Shown: positions 19,184 to 20,192 of the stretch, piece by piece
How positions within the stretch are numbered: position 1 is the first letter of the stretch
Layout of the letters: every line of letters begins with the position of its first letter
Notes under the pieces: model-generated
The model's input: only the letters and a program-made list of their open reading frames with translations
Database searches by the model: none
What the model was told of the DNA's origin: nothing
Assembly: GCF_000621645.1 (NCBI RefSeq)
Contig: NZ_JHXR01000032.1
Coordinates: 1-20,192 of the forward strand
Reading direction: 5' to 3'
From: Vibrio cholerae ATCC 14035
Lineage (GTDB): Bacteria > Pseudomonadota > Gammaproteobacteria > Enterobacterales > Vibrionaceae
Length of the DNA: 20,192 bases
Program-made: the position numbers and the translations under genes

Positions 19184-19595
19184 GTTTCGTAGCCCATTGT
19201 TTAACAATGACTTTTTTAAAACATTTGTTTGAAGACCATTTTACGCAAATGCATCGAACAAACACACGTCCAACACCAAAAGCTGTGAAGTTAGCTGCCA
19301 AAACTCAAAACGGTCAAGGTTAAGTTGGTCATGTTTAGAGTCCACGACAAAGAAAACCAGATCACAGCGATGATGCAGCCTTTGTGAAACCAAATTTGCC
19401 GTGTTGAATATCCGACAACATTGAAGCTTAGAAGTTTGTTGGTTCTCAGCGACTTTTAACTATCTGAAATTTCAACACTTTCTACCAAATCAGCATCAGG
19501 AAAAACTCAAAAGCCAAATAGTGAGACTTGAACGTTTAAAGCTGATTATTCAGGGCATGAATCTGAACTTTTGATGATTTTTTCTAGATAGAAAC
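19184..19595 (-). other. Integron cassette without a convincing ORF
   Basis: Bounded by two VCRs. The longest minus-strand ORF I can find is 19 codons. The plus-strand track ORF 19063..19323 begins inside attR/VCR. Confidence 0.5.
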
Positions 19596-19717
19596 TAACG
19601 CCCGCCTAAGGGGCTGGCAACGCATAACGCTAAACTCAGTCACAACAACCGTAACCACCGCGACTCATTGGGACTGGAAACGCCACGCGTTGACAGTCCC
19701 TCTTGAGGCGTTTGTTA
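19596..19717 (-). repeat. Intact VCR (attC), 122 bp
   Basis: TAACGCCCGCCTAAGGGGCTGGCAAC...GTTGACAGTCCCTCTTGAGGCGTTTGTTA. The reverse complement matches the published VCR consensus as I remember it (TAACAAACGCCTCAAGAGGGACTGTCAACGCG...CCCCTTAGGCGGGCGTTA). Confidence 0.92.
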
Positions 19718-20170
19718 TGAGGAAATTTGAAGCGACAAAGAATAAAAGTGCTCGTCACTATCAATAAGCTGATAACCAAGCGATTTGTAAAATCTTACCG
19801 CGGCCTCATTTCGGATAAAGCTGGATAACGTCACCCGATTTCTCCCCTCAGCGTCCGCGAGCTTATGGACATAACTCATTATCTTTTCCCCAAACTTTTG
19901 GTTCTGAAACTCGGGAAAAACAACAAGTAGATGAACATGAATTACATTGTCATAAGGTTTGAAACACAACATGCCAATTCGCTGACCTCCTTGTTGTACC
20001 CAGTAAAACCAACTAGGGTCATAGTCTCTTTTTAGACGTTTACGTTGAAAGTCATCGTCCCAACCAAAAACAGCATCAACGTGTGAATAAATTCCCTGCT
20101 TTACAACAGAAAAAAGACTATCGAACTCTTCACTTTCTATTGGTCGTAATTTGATATCCATATTCCTCAT
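19715..20170 (-). CDS. GNAT-family N-acetyltransferase (integron cassette gene)
   Basis: Motif-A-like VVFPEFQNQKFGEKIM and the C-terminal AVRFYKSLGYQL are typical of GNAT enzymes. The gene fills the cassette exactly: its start abuts the VCR at 20170 and its stop lies inside the next VCR. Confidence 0.85.
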   Translation of the reverse strand: MRNMDIKLRPIESEEFDSLFSVVKQGIYSHVDAVFGWDDDFQRKRLKRDYDPSWFYWVQQGGQRIGMLCFKPYDNVIHVHLLVVFPEFQNQKFGEKIMSYVHKLADAEGRNRVTLSSFIRNEAAVRFYKSLGYQLIDSDEHFYSLSLQISS

Positions 20171-20192
20171 AACGCCCGCCTAAGGGGCTGGC
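20170..20192 (-). repeat. VCR (attC), first 23 bp, truncated by the window end
   Basis: TAACGCCCGCCTAAGGGGCTGGC is identical to 70..92 and 19596..19618. Confidence 0.85.

Noticed and set aside
18966-19323. Track ORFs 18966..19172 and 19063..19323 (plus strand)
   Set aside because: They read through the terminator, the attR half-site and the VCR itself, all sequences with clear non-coding roles. They have no RBS. The second would be a chimera of island and integron DNA created by the insertion.

Overview
This window looks like part of a Vibrio superintegron, most likely V. cholerae chromosome 2. It holds three copies or fragments of the ~122-bp Vibrio cholerae repeat (VCR, the attC of that integron): a split copy at 70..95 plus 19085..19183, an intact copy at 19596..19717, and a copy at 20170..20192 cut by the window edge. 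Between them are a GNAT acetyltransferase cassette (19715..20170, minus strand) and a cassette without an ORF (19184..19595). The split VCR is interrupted by an ~18.99-kb insertion (94..19086) that is visibly more AT-rich. I read it as an integrated phage satellite with the organisation published for V. cholerae PLEs (phage-inducible chromosomal island-like elements). From left to right it contains: three small genes closed by a terminator; a large serine recombinase (1156..2814); a leftward 4-gene operon (2846..4386); a 2.7-kb non-coding region packed with several repeat families (4387..7100, candidate origin and regulatory hub); and about 25 tightly packed rightward genes. The rightward genes include a winged-helix regulator, a RepA_N-type replication initiator, a run of micro-ORFs, an HNH homing-endonuclease-like nuclease, a small LuxR/sigma-r4-type HTH protein, two large orphan proteins, a two-TM membrane protein, and a partial tail module (chaperone-like, tape-measure-like, tail-completion-like). 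I see no capsid, portal, terminase, sheath/tube or lysis genes, and no canonical Walker-A motif in any product. Three results come directly from reading the sequence. (1) Both junctions share an AC dinucleotide; joining the outer flanks restores a 123-bp VCR, and joining the inner flanks gives a strikingly dyad-symmetric attP. (2) A ~30-bp promoter/operator module occurs twice in opposite orientation (4658..4690 minus, 11966..11998 plus) and resembles a Fur box. (3) The plus-strand copy drives a ~225-nt ORF-less, hairpin-rich transcript ending at a strong intrinsic terminator, just upstream of the nuclease/morphogenesis operon. All family assignments rest on motifs recognised by eye. No alignments were run, so I cannot say whether this is a catalogued PLE or a new variant.
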